This document shows positions 50,544-62,900 of a stretch of DNA of 64,000 bases, in pieces. The notes below the pieces were generated by a model that was not told the origin of the DNA, searched no databases, and was given only the letters and a program-made list of their open reading frames with translations. The number at the start of each line of letters is the position of its first letter. The first letter of the stretch is position 1. Both the position numbers and the translations under genes were made by a program. Where the stretch lies: positions 7,188 to 71,187 of the forward strand of contig DASWNK010000010.1 in the NCBI GenBank assembly GCA_036399275.1. Direction: 5' to 3'. The stretch comes from Bacteroidia bacterium. Its GTDB lineage: Bacteria; Bacteroidota; Bacteroidia; 2-12-FULL-35-15.

Positions 50544-51008
50544 ATGATTACAGTAGATAAAATAAAACAGCTGGCAGACCAGAAGATTGCTGAAGGTTCT
50601 AATTTTATTGTGGATATAGCGGTAAAGACCGGAAATAAAATTACCGTTCTGCTTGATAATGATAATGGTGTTTCGATTGGTGATTGCGTTGCAATGAGTC
50701 GGCATATCGAAGCAAGCCTCGACAGAGAAAGTGATGATTTTGAACTGAATGTAATGTCCCCCGGACTTACAGAACCATTTAAAATACTTCGCCAGTATCA
50801 GAAAAATATCGGCAAACAGGTGGATGTTGTCACAAAAGAGGGCAAAAAGCTCAGCGGGAAGCTGCTTAACGCAACGGAAGAAGGAATTGAGCTGGAAACC
50901 AAAGTGAAAGAAAAAACCGCTGCAAAAAAAGGAAAGCAATTAACAATCAATCATATCAATTTAGCATTTAATCAAATCAAGGAAACTAAAATTGTAATAT
51001 CATTTTAA
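50544..51008 (+). CDS. rimP: Ribosome maturation factor RimP
   Basis: 154 aa with an RimP N-terminal domain pattern, sitting immediately upstream of nusA. Confidence 0.85.
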   Translation: MITVDKIKQLADQKIAEGSNFIVDIAVKTGNKITVLLDNDNGVSIGDCVAMSRHIEASLDRESDDFELNVMSPGLTEPFKILRQYQKNIGKQVDVVTKEGKKLSGKLLNATEEGIELETKVKEKTAAKKGKQLTINHINLAFNQIKETKIVISF

Positions 51009-51020
51009 TCATTAAAAAAA

Positions 51021-52271
51021 ATGGAAAGTATTAATCTAATTGAATCATTCTCAGAATTCAAAGATGTAAAGAACATCGACAGAGCAACATTAATGAGCAT
51101 CATTGAAGATGTATTTCGTAGCATGCTACTGAAGAAATACGGATCTGATGATAATTTCGACATTATTGTGAATCCCGATCGTGGAGACATTGAGATCTGG
51201 CACAACCGTGAAGTAGTCGATGATGAATTTGCTGAGGATAGTTTTGATTATGATGAGGCAAAACACATCAGTTTAGCAGAAGCTAAAAAAATAGATGAAG
51301 ACCTGGAAATCGGTGAAGAAACAGTTACTCCTGTAAGATTGAACGATTTCGGAAGACGCGCTGTTTTAGCTGTTCGTCAGAACCTGGTTTCCAAGATCCT
51401 TGAACTTGAAAAAGATAGTTTATACAAAAAATACAAAGAGAAAGTTGGTGAAATAATGACCGGAGAAGTTTATCAGATCTGGAAAAAAGAACTATTGATC
51501 CTGGATGAAGATGGTAATGAGCTTCTATTGCCTAAAACGGAACAAATTCCATCCGACTTTTTCAAAAAAGGTGATTCATTGAAAGCCGTTGTTCAACGTG
51601 TGGATATGAAAAACAATTCACCAGTGATCGTATTGTCCCGTACTTCTTCTGCATTCCTGGAGAGATTATTCGAACTGGAAGTTCCCGAAGTATTTGACGG
51701 ATTGATTACCATTAAAAAGATCGTACGCGAGCCGGGCGAAAGAGCAAAAGTAGCAGTAGAGTCTTACGATGATCGTATCGATCCTGTTGGTGCATGTGTT
51801 GGTATGAAAGGATCCCGTATTCATGGCATTGTTCGTGAATTACGCAACGAAAATATTGACGTAATCAACTATACCAGCAACCCAACCTTGTTCATTACAC
51901 GTGCTTTAAGCCCTGCTAAAATCACTTCTGTGAAGATCGATGAAGAGACCAAACGCGCTGAAGTATTTTTGAAGCCAGATCAGGTTTCATTGGCTATCGG
52001 CAAAGGTGGACACAATATCAAATTGGCAGGTAAATTGACTGGATACGAGATTGATGTTTACCGCGATACAGACATTGATACAGAAGATGTGGATCTGGAA
52101 GAATTCTCAGACGAAATTGAAAGCTGGATCCTTGATGAGTTGAAAAACATCGGATGCGATACTGCTAAGAGTGTATTGGAACTCTCTACCGAAGAACTAG
52201 TAAAACGTACTGATCTTGAAGAAGAAACTGTGAATGAAGTAAAAACGATTTTACAATCAGAGTTTGAATAA
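51021..52271 (+). CDS. nusA: Transcription termination/antitermination factor NusA
   Basis: NusA N-terminal, S1 and KH domains (the GxxG motif in KGSRIHGIV). Confidence 0.95.
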   Translation: MESINLIESFSEFKDVKNIDRATLMSIIEDVFRSMLLKKYGSDDNFDIIVNPDRGDIEIWHNREVVDDEFAEDSFDYDEAKHISLAEAKKIDEDLEIGEETVTPVRLNDFGRRAVLAVRQNLVSKILELEKDSLYKKYKEKVGEIMTGEVYQIWKKELLILDEDGNELLLPKTEQIPSDFFKKGDSLKAVVQRVDMKNNSPVIVLSRTSSAFLERLFELEVPEVFDGLITIKKIVREPGERAKVAVESYDDRIDPVGACVGMKGSRIHGIVRELRNENIDVINYTSNPTLFITRALSPAKITSVKIDEETKRAEVFLKPDQVSLAIGKGGHNIKLAGKLTGYEIDVYRDTDIDTEDVDLEEFSDEIESWILDELKNIGCDTAKSVLELSTEELVKRTDLEEETVNEVKTILQSEFE

Positions 52272-52349
52272 AAGAGAACAGCAATAGCGAATAGCGAGTG
52301 GCTTAAAAAGTATTCTACCGCTTTTCACTACTAATTTTTAAAAAAATAT

Positions 52350-55220
52350 ATGTCAGAAAACAAAGGACAACGATTAAGTAAAGTTGCTAAAGAGCTCAAT
52401 GTTAGTATTGGTACTATCACTGACTTTCTTAAAAGCAAGGGCCATGTTGTGGAGAATAATCCCATGGCCAAAATCACCGAAGAGCATTATTCGTTGCTGG
52501 CAAAGGAATACCAGTCTGAAAAGGCTGCTAAAGAGGAAGCAAAACAAGTAACCTCCAATACCCGCGCTAAAAAAGAAAGCATCTCTTTGGATGAAACAAA
52601 AAAACCGGAACCCAAAAAGAAAGAGGAAGAAGAAGACATTATTATCAAGAACATTCAGCATACACCTCCTCCTGTAGTTGAAAAAGTACCTGAAAAGAAA
52701 AAAGTGGAACCGGAACCGGAAGTTGAAAAAGAAGTGATCAAATCGGATGTGAAGTTGAAAGTTGTTTCTAAGATTGACCTGGATGCTATCAATAGCAAAA
52801 CAAAACCGGCCAAGAAAACAAAAGAAGAGAAAGAAGAAGAAAAAGAAGAAAAGAAAGCGAAAGAACCTGCTAAAGGAAAAGCAAAAGCGAAAAAAGAAGA
52901 AACTGCTGAACCAATTGAAGAAGCAGTAAAGGTTCCGGAAGAAATAAAAGTTCCGACTCCTCCTGTAGCAGAAGAACCACCGAAGGAAGATTTTTATGAA
53001 ACCAAGGTCGAGAAGCTGGAAGGCCCTAAGATCATGGGGAAAATCGAGCTCCCGGTTAAAGAAGAACGCAAAAAGCCAGTGGCTTCCTCTTCTGCAACCA
53101 ATGCCGACAATAAAAAGAAACGCAAACGGATTAAGAAAAGCTTTGGCGGTGCTACCTTGGGTGATACCTGGGATAGTTCCAAAGGTCCTAATCCTGCAGC
53201 CGGAAAACCTTCCACACCAGCTGATAAAGGCGCTCCTCGCCGCCAGCTAAACGGTGGAGTAAGCAGCATTGGACAACCGAAAGGGAAATTCAATACCAAT
53301 CGCCCTCAAAAAGCCGATTTAACACCTGAACAGATTCAGGCTCAGATAAAGGAAACACTTGCTCGCTTAAGCGGAAGTGGAAAATCCAAAGCGTCCAAAC
53401 ACCGTAAATCCAAAAGGGATATGGTGAGTGAGCGTATTCAGGAAGCTGCTGATCAGCAGGAAGCGGAAAAGAAAATCATCAAAGTAACGGAATTCGTTTC
53501 GGCGAACCAGTTGGCACAGATGATGAGCGTTCCGGTGAATGAGATCATCTCTACCTGTATGAGCCTTGGTATGTTCGTATCCATCAATCAGCGATTGGAT
53601 GCAGAAACGATCGCCATTGTTGCCGAAGAATTTGGCTACCAGTTGGAATTCGTAAGTGTGGAAGTTCAGGAAGCAATCAAGGAAGAAGAAGATACCGAAG
53701 ATCAGTTATTGGATCGCTCCCCTATTGTAACTGTAATGGGTCACGTCGATCACGGTAAAACATCCTTGCTGGATTATATCCGTAAAGCAAACGTAATTGC
53801 CGGTGAAGCGGGTGGAATCACTCAGCACATTGGTGCATACAACGTAAAATTAGAGAACGGCAAAACCATCACCTTCCTGGATACTCCCGGTCACGAAGCC
53901 TTTACGGCAATGCGTGCACGTGGTGCCCAGGTAACAGACGTTGCCATTATCGTGGTAGCCGCTGACGACAGTGTGATGCCTCAAACCATAGAAGCGATCA
54001 ATCACGCTCAGGCTGCAGGTGTACCAATCATTATCGCTATTAATAAAATTGACAAGCCGGGTGCAAATCCTGATAAGATCCGTGAAGCTTTATCCCAAAT
54101 GAACATTCTTGTAGAGGAATGGGGTGGTAAAGTACAATGTCAGGAAATCTCTGCTAAACAGGGATTACACATTGATGAGTTACTGGAGAAAGTATTGCTG
54201 GAAGCAGAAATGCTGAATCTAAAAGCAAACCCGAATAAGAATGCAAGTGGAACTGTTATTGAATCCGAGCTGGACAAAGGACGTGGATACGTAAGTACCA
54301 TCCTTGTAGAAGCGGGAACTTTAAAAGTTGGAGATATTGTATTGGCTGGATGTTTCAGCGGTAAAGTAAAAGCATTGCACAATGAGCGCGGACAAGTAGT
54401 GAGAGAAGCAGGACCTGCAATGCCGGTGTCTTTGCTTGGTTTGAGTGGTGCTCCGCAAGCTGGTGATCGATTCCACATTATGGATGATGAGCGTGAAGCG
54501 CGTGAGATTGCTGCAAAACGTTTGCAATTACAACGTGAGCAAGGTATCCGTACCAATAAGCACATCACATTGGATGAGATCGGAAGACGTCTGGCAATCG
54601 GTGACTTTAAAGAACTGAACGTGATCGTGAAAGGTGACGTGGATGGATCTGTGGAAGCATTGGCCGATTCCTTACAAAAATTATCGACTGAAAAAGTACA
54701 GGTGAAGATCATCCACAAATCTGTTGGAGCGATCAGTGAATCAGATGTATTGTTAGCCTCCGCTTCCAATGCCATCATTATTGGTTTCCAGGTTCGCCCT
54801 TCTGTAAGTGCCCGCCGACTGGCTGATACCGAGCAGATCGACATTCGTTTATATTCTATTATTTACAAAGCGATTGAAGAAATTCAAGCAGCGATGGAAG
54901 GTATGTTGGCTCCTGAGTTTGAAGAGAAAGTTACTTGCAACATTGAGATCCGCGAGGTGTTCAACATCACGAAAGTGGGTACCATTGCCGGATGTTTTGT
55001 ATTAGATGGCAAAGTGAACCGCCATACCAAAGTGCGTATTGTGCGCGATGGAATTGTTGTTCATGATGGAACTCTTGGTTCATTGAAACGATTCAAAGAT
55101 GATGTGAAAGAAGTGAACAAAGGCTTCGAATGCGGATTGAACATCAATGGTTTCAATGATATTAAAGTCGGAGACATCATAGAAGGTTATGAATTGGTTG
55201 AGATCAAAGCGAAGTTATAA
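52350..55220 (+). CDS. infB: Translation initiation factor IF-2
   Basis: Lys/Glu-rich N-terminal region. GTPase G1-G4 motifs are present ([24 protein letters not shown]). The C-terminal beta-barrels are those of IF-2. Confidence 0.95.
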   Translation: MSENKGQRLSKVAKELNVSIGTITDFLKSKGHVVENNPMAKITEEHYSLLAKEYQSEKAAKEEAKQVTSNTRAKKESISLDETKKPEPKKKEEEEDIIIKNIQHTPPPVVEKVPEKKKVEPEPEVEKEVIKSDVKLKVVSKIDLDAINSKTKPAKKTKEEKEEEKEEKKAKEPAKGKAKAKKEETAEPIEEAVKVPEEIKVPTPPVAEEPPKEDFYETKVEKLEGPKIMGKIELPVKEERKKPVASSSATNADNKKKRKRIKKSFGGATLGDTWDSSKGPNPAAGKPSTPADKGAPRRQLNGGVSSIGQPKGKFNTNRPQKADLTPEQIQAQIKETLARLSGSGKSKASKHRKSKRDMVSERIQEAADQQEAEKKIIKVTEFVSANQLAQMMSVPVNEIISTCMSLGMFVSINQRLDAETIAIVAEEFGYQLEFVSVEVQEAIKEEEDTEDQLLDRSPIVTVMGHVDHGKTSLLDYIRKANVIAGEAGGITQHIGAYNVKLENGKTITFLDTPGHEAFTAMRARGAQVTDVAIIVVAADDSVMPQTIEAINHAQAAGVPIIIAINKIDKPGANPDKIREALSQMNILVEEWGGKVQCQEISAKQGLHIDELLEKVLLEAEMLNLKANPNKNASGTVIESELDKGRGYVSTILVEAGTLKVGDIVLAGCFSGKVKALHNERGQVVREAGPAMPVSLLGLSGAPQAGDRFHIMDDEREAREIAAKRLQLQREQGIRTNKHITLDEIGRRLAIGDFKELNVIVKGDVDGSVEALADSLQKLSTEKVQVKIIHKSVGAISESDVLLASASNAIIIGFQVRPSVSARRLADTEQIDIRLYSIIYKAIEEIQAAMEGMLAPEFEEKVTCNIEIREVFNITKVGTIAGCFVLDGKVNRHTKVRIVRDGIVVHDGTLGSLKRFKDDVKEVNKGFECGLNINGFNDIKVGDIIEGYELVEIKAKL

Positions 55221-55240
55221 TTATCTGAACAGATCAAAAT

Positions 55241-55279
55241 AAAAAACCTCCCTGCAAGTATGCAGGGAGGTTTTTTTTG
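55241..55279. terminator. Bidirectional rho-independent terminator after infB
   Basis: aacctccctgca-agta-tgcagggaggtttttttt hairpin. Confidence 0.6.
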
Positions 55280-55289
55280 TGCTCTAAAT

Positions 55290-55721
55290 TTATTTCAGCT
55301 TTGTAATGTTTGTTATTTCAGCAGGTATACCAACCGTACAACCCTCTGGCTGAGGCATTTTTAAAGGATGATAATCAAAGAGGATGGTTTGTCCGTCTAC
55401 ATCAATATCCTTATTTAATTTATCCTTAGGAATCAGCGTTATTTCTGCAATATCATCATGTGCCAGAATAACAATAACTGTTTCGCATCCGCCTGCACGG
55501 TATTTATGAGAAACTTTCCCTGCATGAGCACCCTGATTATTGCTCGATGTCGAGGTATTTGTTTCGGTCACAGTAGTAGTGGTTGAAGTACCCGGCGTGG
55601 ATGAAGAGCTGCTGGTAGTTGTTGTTGTCGTGGTAGAAGAAGTTGCTCCTTTTTTTGTTTTACAACCTGTGTTTGCTGTTACAGAAACAGTCAAGGTTAA
55701 AATAAATAGAATCGTTTTCAT
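55290..55721 (-). CDS. Lipoprotein with Thr/Ser-rich linker, function unknown
   Basis: Signal with Cys (ANTGC). A ~45-aa poly-Thr/Ser low-complexity linker is followed by a ~75-aa C-terminal domain. Confidence 0.45.
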   Translation of the reverse strand: MKTILFILTLTVSVTANTGCKTKKGATSSTTTTTTTSSSSSTPGTSTTTTVTETNTSTSSNNQGAHAGKVSHKYRAGGCETVIVILAHDDIAEITLIPKDKLNKDIDVDGQTILFDYHPLKMPQPEGCTVGIPAEITNITKLK

Positions 55722-55811
55722 AGGATATTGTTTTTAAGCAAAACACTCGTGCAAATGCCGTTCCAATTATGGAATGGTTTTGCACGAGTGCTTTATAAGA
55801 TGATCAGAATA

Positions 55812-57686
55812 TTATTTTACAAATACTTTAACTACTCTTTGAAAGTTTGGATTACCCACCCTTACCAAGTATGTTCCGGCAGCTAAGCCAGAAACATTGA
55901 TCGTTGTTTGAAAAGCATTTCCAGTAGGAACTACTTTTTTACCATTGATTTCTTTACCAGTGATATCAAAAAGCTCCACTACCATTTCTTCGTCAGAAGG
56001 TAATTTTGATGCAGAAAGATTGATCATACTTTCCGATTGGAATGTAGTAAAAGTCGGCTGAAGCGCCTCATTATCAATTCCTGTAACTAATGGCAATTTG
56101 AATGAATACACACGTGTTCTTGTGCTTGTAACAGCATAGCATCCGGTATACCAAAAAGTCTGCCCATCTGGATCCAGCGTTGTTTGAGCATAATCACCCC
56201 AACGGTTTGATCCGCCGCAGATACCAGTACCACTTCCTGCAATTGCTGTTGTTTCAGAAAAACTCATTGTTCCTAAAGGATCAGAAGCCAAACGACCGGT
56301 ATAACGTAAGCTTGGAGAAATGTTTGCAGTAGCGCCTTGTGAAGGACTTGCTGTAGTGGATGCAGAAATACAATATGCCAGGGCGATGCTTCCATTATCA
56401 TCCATCGAGATACTTTCCATCCAGCGATTAGCACCGTCAGCAGGAGCGTAAACACCTTCCTGGTACAATGACCAAACACCCGTTGATTGATTCTGGCGTA
56501 ATTCTACCCATTTAATACTACGTCTTTTGCTTGTCGCATCCAATTTAACACCCCAGCTCATTACCGCAGTGTTGTATCCTACCCATTTTCTCCATTGTAC
56601 TCTGTAATGAAGAACCCCGCCAATACCATCTAACTTGGAAGTTGTTCCGGGAGTCCAGATATCATTCCAGCCTGCATCATAAGATGCATCAAATGCCGCA
56701 GTAGGGATAGTGATTGTAGGAGAAACAGTAGCTGTTGGAGTTGTAGGAGTCCAGTTTACAGTGAAATTGAATATTTTAACAGCATCGGTTGCTGTTCCAC
56801 CCCATGCATTATCGGTATATTGAAACACAGGAAAAGGTGTTCCTACAGCAGGTAATCCACCATCAGCATCACCAGGCATCGGGCAAAAGAAACCGGAAGG
56901 CACAGTAGGGCTAAATGATTTTTCGAATGCTCTTGCAGTAAGACCCAGTAACATTTTATCTCTTTCAAATATCATGATTCTGCTACCGTAGTTGGCTGTC
57001 ATATAATATCCATCCCACCAGATAGAAAACTTAAGGTAATCAGGAAAACTAGCAGCGGTATACGTATAAGTATACCATGTACCTAATGGATTCGGAGATG
57101 TTGAAACAGCTATATACACTTTATTGCCAGCACCGAACTGACTTAAGAACCAGCGGTCAGCGTATTTATCATACATTATAATCGGGTCTCCCATATTTGC
57201 AACTGCAGGACTCCAAAGGTTACCCATATTTGTTATGGTAAGCATGGTTGTGCCTGTTTTGCTATATATTTTAACAGGTGTCGCATTTACCGATTGAATA
57301 TAATGATTCGGACCCGCTGCTCCGGATGGATCCGGAGGACATCCTCCACCAGTTTGACCTAGCCAGTTTGCAATTGGAGGCATAGGAGTTCTTGTTCCTG
57401 CTGCTTTTTGTACAGATGAAGGATCCGTTGCAAAGGCTGAACCATCTTTCTCCTCACTATAAGGAAATACCTGCACTTGTCTTTTTTCACGGTCTTTTGA
57501 TTGGATTTTTGCTTCTTCAGCTATATTTTCCTCTTCAGCTTCCAGACCTGCAATTTCGGTAAGTGGTTTTGATATGCCAAAACTTTCCAGTTTTATCATT
57601 TCAACCTTGTCGTCACCTGCTACACCTTGAGCGCTCATAGCGCCCGCAATAAACAAGCTTGACATAATTAATGTAGCTTTTTTCAT
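55812..57686 (-). CDS. Secreted protein with T9SS C-terminal sorting domain, function unknown
   Basis: Signal peptide MKKATLIMSSLFIAGAMSAQG. The 624-aa protein ends in a CTD (VELFDITGKEINGKKV...GTYLVRVGNPNFQRVVKVFVK). Confidence 0.65.
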   Translation of the reverse strand: MKKATLIMSSLFIAGAMSAQGVAGDDKVEMIKLESFGISKPLTEIAGLEAEEENIAEEAKIQSKDREKRQVQVFPYSEEKDGSAFATDPSSVQKAAGTRTPMPPIANWLGQTGGGCPPDPSGAAGPNHYIQSVNATPVKIYSKTGTTMLTITNMGNLWSPAVANMGDPIIMYDKYADRWFLSQFGAGNKVYIAVSTSPNPLGTWYTYTYTAASFPDYLKFSIWWDGYYMTANYGSRIMIFERDKMLLGLTARAFEKSFSPTVPSGFFCPMPGDADGGLPAVGTPFPVFQYTDNAWGGTATDAVKIFNFTVNWTPTTPTATVSPTITIPTAAFDASYDAGWNDIWTPGTTSKLDGIGGVLHYRVQWRKWVGYNTAVMSWGVKLDATSKRRSIKWVELRQNQSTGVWSLYQEGVYAPADGANRWMESISMDDNGSIALAYCISASTTASPSQGATANISPSLRYTGRLASDPLGTMSFSETTAIAGSGTGICGGSNRWGDYAQTTLDPDGQTFWYTGCYAVTSTRTRVYSFKLPLVTGIDNEALQPTFTTFQSESMINLSASKLPSDEEMVVELFDITGKEINGKKVVPTGNAFQTTINVSGLAAGTYLVRVGNPNFQRVVKVFVK

Positions 57687-57819
57687 GGGGAATTAATTAA
57701 ATTAATGAATGATTTAGTTAGAGAAATGTATTATTTCGCTAATGTAAAGAATAAAAAAATAATCTCCAAAAAAAAGAGAAAACCTTTGCTGCAATTTGAT
57801 AAATCTTTTAGGATGATTC

Positions 57820-58257
57820 TTATTTGCTTGCTTCCGAATCCAGATCAGGTAACTCAATGTCATCCTGAACCAGGAAGGCAGAAGGAAATTCCAGCTGAAT
57901 TTCTTTCAGCGCCTTGTAAGCATCTAGTTTGGTTCTGAAATCACCTACTCGGATATTAAAATTCGGCTGATCGTATTTTTCATACGCTTTAAATTCAGGA
58001 AATTTAGAAATGAATTTAGCTTTGATCTCTTTCGCCTTGTTTTTATCTGCACCGAAATGAATTTTGATACGATATCCTTCTATTGGTGCTTTCGCATTCA
58101 CTTCGGCATGCTTTGCCAACAATTCCTTCACCTTATATTCCTGCACGAATTCGACCTTTCCGGTATCACCGGCAATTTTCTGTGCAAGCAGAATTTCGCT
58201 GGCCGAAAAAATAAAAAATAAAATAAAAAGGGACTTAAAAACAGTCAAGTTAGTCAT
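57820..58257 (-). CDS. SPOR-domain (peptidoglycan-binding) protein
   Basis: N-terminal signal/anchor. The C-terminal SPOR-like pattern is GYRIKIHFGADKNKAKEIKAKF...NIRVGDFRTKLDAYKALKEI...AFLV. Confidence 0.55.
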   Translation of the reverse strand: MTNLTVFKSLFILFFIFSASEILLAQKIAGDTGKVEFVQEYKVKELLAKHAEVNAKAPIEGYRIKIHFGADKNKAKEIKAKFISKFPEFKAYEKYDQPNFNIRVGDFRTKLDAYKALKEIQLEFPSAFLVQDDIELPDLDSEASK

Positions 58258-58308
58258 CGTAGAACAAAGGTAAATCTAAAATCTCATGTATCGAAAACCA
58301 TACCTATT

Positions 58309-58481
58309 ATTTTAACGTTTTTTCTCTAAAAAAACCAAAACGCTAATCGACAAAACCCGCTCTTTTTTTGATAGATATCGTGTTTTTGAAGATGAATTTT
58401 CCCTTGGAAAACGAAAACAAGAGCACCCTTATTTAGAATGAATATAAATTATACCTTTTTTATAAAATTTTAACGTTTTTT
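58309..58481 (+). promoter_or_regulatory. Two exact 15-bp direct repeats ATTTTAACGTTTTTT (58309-58323 and 58467-58481) upstream of the act operon
   Basis: Identical 15-mers lying 158 bp apart in the 320-bp AT-rich region preceding actA. Each has an AACGTT palindromic core. Confidence 0.3.
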
Positions 58482-58580
58482 GAATCGCCGATTAATGTTT
58501 CTTATAAATTTGTCGCTCGAGTAACAGTACTCTCTCTATTAGTAGAGATTTCCAACGGAGTTAAATAGTTAAAAATCAAT

Positions 58581-59873
58581 ATGGATACAATTTTCGCGAA
58601 GCCAAAAAAGCATACTTTGGCAATTTTTTCCCTCCTGTTTTTATCATTCTTTCTAAGTATTAACCCCGCTTTCGCTCAACCAGACGGCGAAAAAATCTTC
58701 AAACAGAACTGTGCTGTTTGTCATAGTATGGGTGATAACAAAATCACCGGACCGGGCCTGAAAGGTGTTATGACACGTGTTCCAAGCGAGGAATGGATGC
58801 TAAAATGGATCAAAAACAATGATGCGCTTATTAAAGCCGGCGATCAGTATGCGGTTAAAATCAGTGCTTTTGACGCTTCTCAAATGAGCACGTTCACCAA
58901 TTTGAGCGATGATGAAATCAAATCGGTAATTGCTTATATCAAGGATTACAAAGAACCAGTTGAAGTAAACGGACCAAATGTGGATGCAAGCGGTGGTGGT
59001 GCCCCGGCAGAACAAGGCATGAATCCTTTAGCGGTATTGATCGGCGTTATCGCATTCCTGATTATCATTGTTGGCGTTTTACGTGCTGTTCGTCATTCTT
59101 TAAAAAATTTACAAAACGAAAAATTAGGCCTTCCTGAAGAAGAAACTGTTGGTCCATGGACAGAATTCAAACAATGGGTAAGCACTCATAAACGTACTAC
59201 TGCTGTTGTTATTTTATTCATCCTTGGTGGATTAATGTCCGCAGGATGGTATGCACTGAAAGATATTGGTGTATACGCAAACCCTGAACAGAAAAGATCA
59301 TACCAGCCGGAACAGCCTATTGCTTTCTCACATAAAATTCATGCCGGCGACAATGCAATTAACTGCCAGTACTGCCACTCTGGAGTTGAAAGAAGTAAAA
59401 CTGCCGGTATCCCTAGCGTAAATGTGTGTATGAATTGCCACAAAGGAATTCAAAAAGGAAAATTGCCAGGCGGAACAGAAGAGATTGCCAAGATTTACGA
59501 AGCTGCCGGATTTGATGTAAAAAGCGGATCATACAATAAACCGCAACGCCCTATCAAATGGGTAAAGGTTCACAACTTACAGGATTTCGTGTTCTTCAGT
59601 CACCAGCAGCACGTGAAAGTGGGTAAGCAAGAATGTGCTACCTGCCATGGTGATGTGAAAGATATGACTGTAGCAAAACAAGTACAGCCTTTAACAATGG
59701 CTTGGTGCATCGAATGCCACAGAACAACTGAAGTACCGGGCATGAAAGACAATCCTTATTATGAAAGCATCCACAAAAGATTAGCGGAAAAATTCAAGCA
59801 TGCTCCAAAAGGTGAGCGTAAGATCACTGTTGATAAAATGGGTGGAATTGATTGCGCTAAATGTCACTATTAA
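58581..59873 (+). CDS. actA: Alternative complex III subunit ActA (multihaem c-type cytochrome with N-terminal monohaem domain)
   Basis: Six CxxCH motifs (CAVCH, CQYCH, CMNCH, CATCH, CIECH, CAKCH) with a TM segment between the monohaem and pentahaem parts. Lies directly upstream of actB. Confidence 0.8.
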   Translation: MDTIFAKPKKHTLAIFSLLFLSFFLSINPAFAQPDGEKIFKQNCAVCHSMGDNKITGPGLKGVMTRVPSEEWMLKWIKNNDALIKAGDQYAVKISAFDASQMSTFTNLSDDEIKSVIAYIKDYKEPVEVNGPNVDASGGGAPAEQGMNPLAVLIGVIAFLIIIVGVLRAVRHSLKNLQNEKLGLPEEETVGPWTEFKQWVSTHKRTTAVVILFILGGLMSAGWYALKDIGVYANPEQKRSYQPEQPIAFSHKIHAGDNAINCQYCHSGVERSKTAGIPSVNVCMNCHKGIQKGKLPGGTEEIAKIYEAAGFDVKSGSYNKPQRPIKWVKVHNLQDFVFFSHQQHVKVGKQECATCHGDVKDMTVAKQVQPLTMAWCIECHRTTEVPGMKDNPYYESIHKRLAEKFKHAPKGERKITVDKMGGIDCAKCHY

Positions 59874-59923
59874 TAGTGAGTATTAATAATATTAGAATTT
59901 AAGATTTAGAATTTATATACGAT

Positions 59924-62900
59924 ATGGCAACAAAAAAATACTGGAAAGGACTGGAAGAATTAAATAACAGTCCGGAATTTGTTCAAAAATCACAAGGTGA
60001 ATTTGCAGAACAAGTGCCTGTAGAAAGTTTTCTGGGAGATAAAGGTCTTACAGATAACAATGGAACAAACCGCAGAGATTTCCTTAAATTTTTAGGATTT
60101 AGCGTAACGGCTGCTTCATTGGCTGCTTGCGAAACTCCTGTTAATAAAGCGATTCCTTATGTTGTAAAGCCGGAAGAAATCACTCCTGGTGTTGCCAACT
60201 GGTATGCTTCTACTTTCCACGATGGAAGTGATTATGCTGCTATCATTGTAAAAACACGTGAAGGCCGCCCTATCAAAATAGAAGGAAACAATTTATCAAA
60301 AGTAACCATGGGCGGAACAAGTGCCCGTGTTCAGGCTGCTATCCTTTCATTGTATGATTCATCCCGCTTAACTGGTCCTGTTACCAGATCCGGTGATACA
60401 TGGACTCCGGCTACCTGGAGCACTGTCGACAAAGAGATCGGCGCTAAATTAGCTGCCATTGCAGCAAAAGGCGATGCGATCCGCATTTTATCCTCTACTA
60501 TTATCAGTCCTTCTACAAAGGCTGTAATTGCTGATTTCGCAGCAAAATATCCAAATACAAAACTTGTTACTTATGATGCCGTTTCTTATTCCGGTATCGC
60601 AAAAGCAAATGCACAAACATTCGGACAGGAAGTAATTCCTTCTTACCATTTCGAAAACGCAGATGTGATCGTGAGTATCGCTGCTGATTTCCTTGGAAAC
60701 TGGCTTGCACCGATTGAATCGGCTAACCAATACGGTAAGACACGTAAAGTGGGTAAGAACAAATTAAAGATGTCGAAACACATCCAGTTTGAGTCTAACC
60801 TTTCCTTAACAGGGGCAAATGCTGATGAGCGCGTACCGGTTAAAGTTTCCGAACATGGAAAAGTAGCGGTGAATCTATACAACGCTGTTGCGAAAATTGT
60901 CGGAGGCTCTTCTCTTCCTTCTTCTGCATTGGCTTGTGATGCGCAAATCGCCAAAGCTGCTAAAGAGCTTGCAGAAGCAAAAGGAAAATCAGTAGTGGTT
61001 GCCGGATCAAATGACATGCACGTTCAGATGGTCGTAAATGGCATTAACCAAATGCTTGACAACTACGGAAAAACAATTGACATCGAAAACCCTTCATACT
61101 TGCACCAGGGAGATGATGCTGCTTTCGCAGAACTTGTTGCTGAAATGGCATCCGGAAAAGTGGCTGCATTAATTACTTATAACACCAACCCTGTTTACAC
61201 TGCTCCTGCAGCATTGAAATTTGCTGAAGCGTACAATAAAGTAGGATTGAAAATATCTTTTGCCGACAGAGCGGATGAAACTGCTTCTTTAGCTAATTAC
61301 ATTTGTCCTGATCACAATTTCCTTGAATCATGGAACGACTACAATCCTAAAAAAGCGCATTTCAGCTTAGGTCAACCTACCATCACTCCTTTGTTTGCTG
61401 CTCAGAATTCAGGAACACGCCAGGCACAGGAAACGTTAATGGCCTGGTCTGGAAATAATTCAGATTATCATTCTTATATCCAGAAAGTATGGGCGGAACG
61501 CGTATATCCTATGCAAGGGAAATACATGATGTTCCCAGAATTCTGGAACAATTCCCTGCATGATGGAGCCATTGAAGTTGGTAAAGGTGGAGACATGGCA
61601 GCAATGCCAGCCATGGACAGCGTAAAAGTTGCACCTGTTGCTATCAAAGCAGAAGCGAAAAAAGAAGAAAAGCCAGAAGAAGTAAAAGCGGTTGCTAAAG
61701 TTGATCTTGGCGAAGCTGCTCAAAAAATAAACGCTGTTAAAGGCGGAACAGTTGAATTAGCTATTTATGAAAAAGTAGGTATCGGAAATGGTAACCAGGC
61801 GAACAACCCTTGGTTGCAGGAATTACCGGATCCTATCACGAAGATCACCTGGGACAATTATGTGACCATGTCTCCTGAAGACATGAAAGCGAAGAACTAC
61901 AACTTAATGGAGCGTCAGGACAGAATTGCATCTGTTGTGAATGTAACCGTTAATGGACTTACAGTAAAACTACCGGTTGTTCCTCAGCCGGGCCAGGCTC
62001 CTGGAACAGTGGGTATCGCTGTAGGTTATGGCCGTGATAAAGCAGGAAAATTAAGCACTCAGACCGGAAACGTGATTGGTGTAAATGCGTTCCCATTTGT
62101 ACAGCTTGTAAATGGCACCATGGCATACGAAGTATTGAACGTAGCTGTGGAAAGTGCAAATGAGACAACAGAAATAGCAGGAACTCAGATCCACCATACT
62201 ATGATGGGCCGCGAGATCGTGAAAGAAACTATCCTTTCTGAATATCAGAAAGACCAGAAATCAGGTAACCATCCGGAAATGATGGTAACACACAGCGGTA
62301 AAGTAAAAGCGGCAAGTGTTGATCTTTGGAATGAGCATGATAAACCGGTTAACCGCTGGGGAATGACCATCGATTTAAACTCTTGTATCGGTTGCGGTGC
62401 TTGTGTTGTTGGCTGTACAGTAGAAAACAATGTTGCCGTTGTAGGTAAACAAATGGTAATGCAGACACGTGAAATGCACTGGTTGCGCATCGACCGCTAC
62501 TATAGCAGCGAAATGACCAGAGAAGCTGCCAAAGATACCGGAGTAATTGAGATGTACCTGGAAATGGAGAATCCTGCAGTTGCAAATCCAAAAGTAGTTT
62601 TCCAGCCAATGCTTTGCCAGCACTGTAATCACGCACCTTGTGAAACAGTATGTCCGGTAATCGCTACCAACCATACTTCCGACGGCTTAAACTCCATGAC
62701 TTATAACCGTTGCGTTGGTACCCGTTACTGCGCTAACAACTGTCCTTATAAAGTAAGACGTTTCAACTGGTTCAATTACAACGAAAACAGCGACTTCACA
62801 TTCAACCCGACACAAGATGATCTTGGTCGTATGGTATTGAACCCGGATGTTGTTGTTCGTTCACGCGGTGTAATGGAAAAATGCTCCATGTGTGTTCAGC

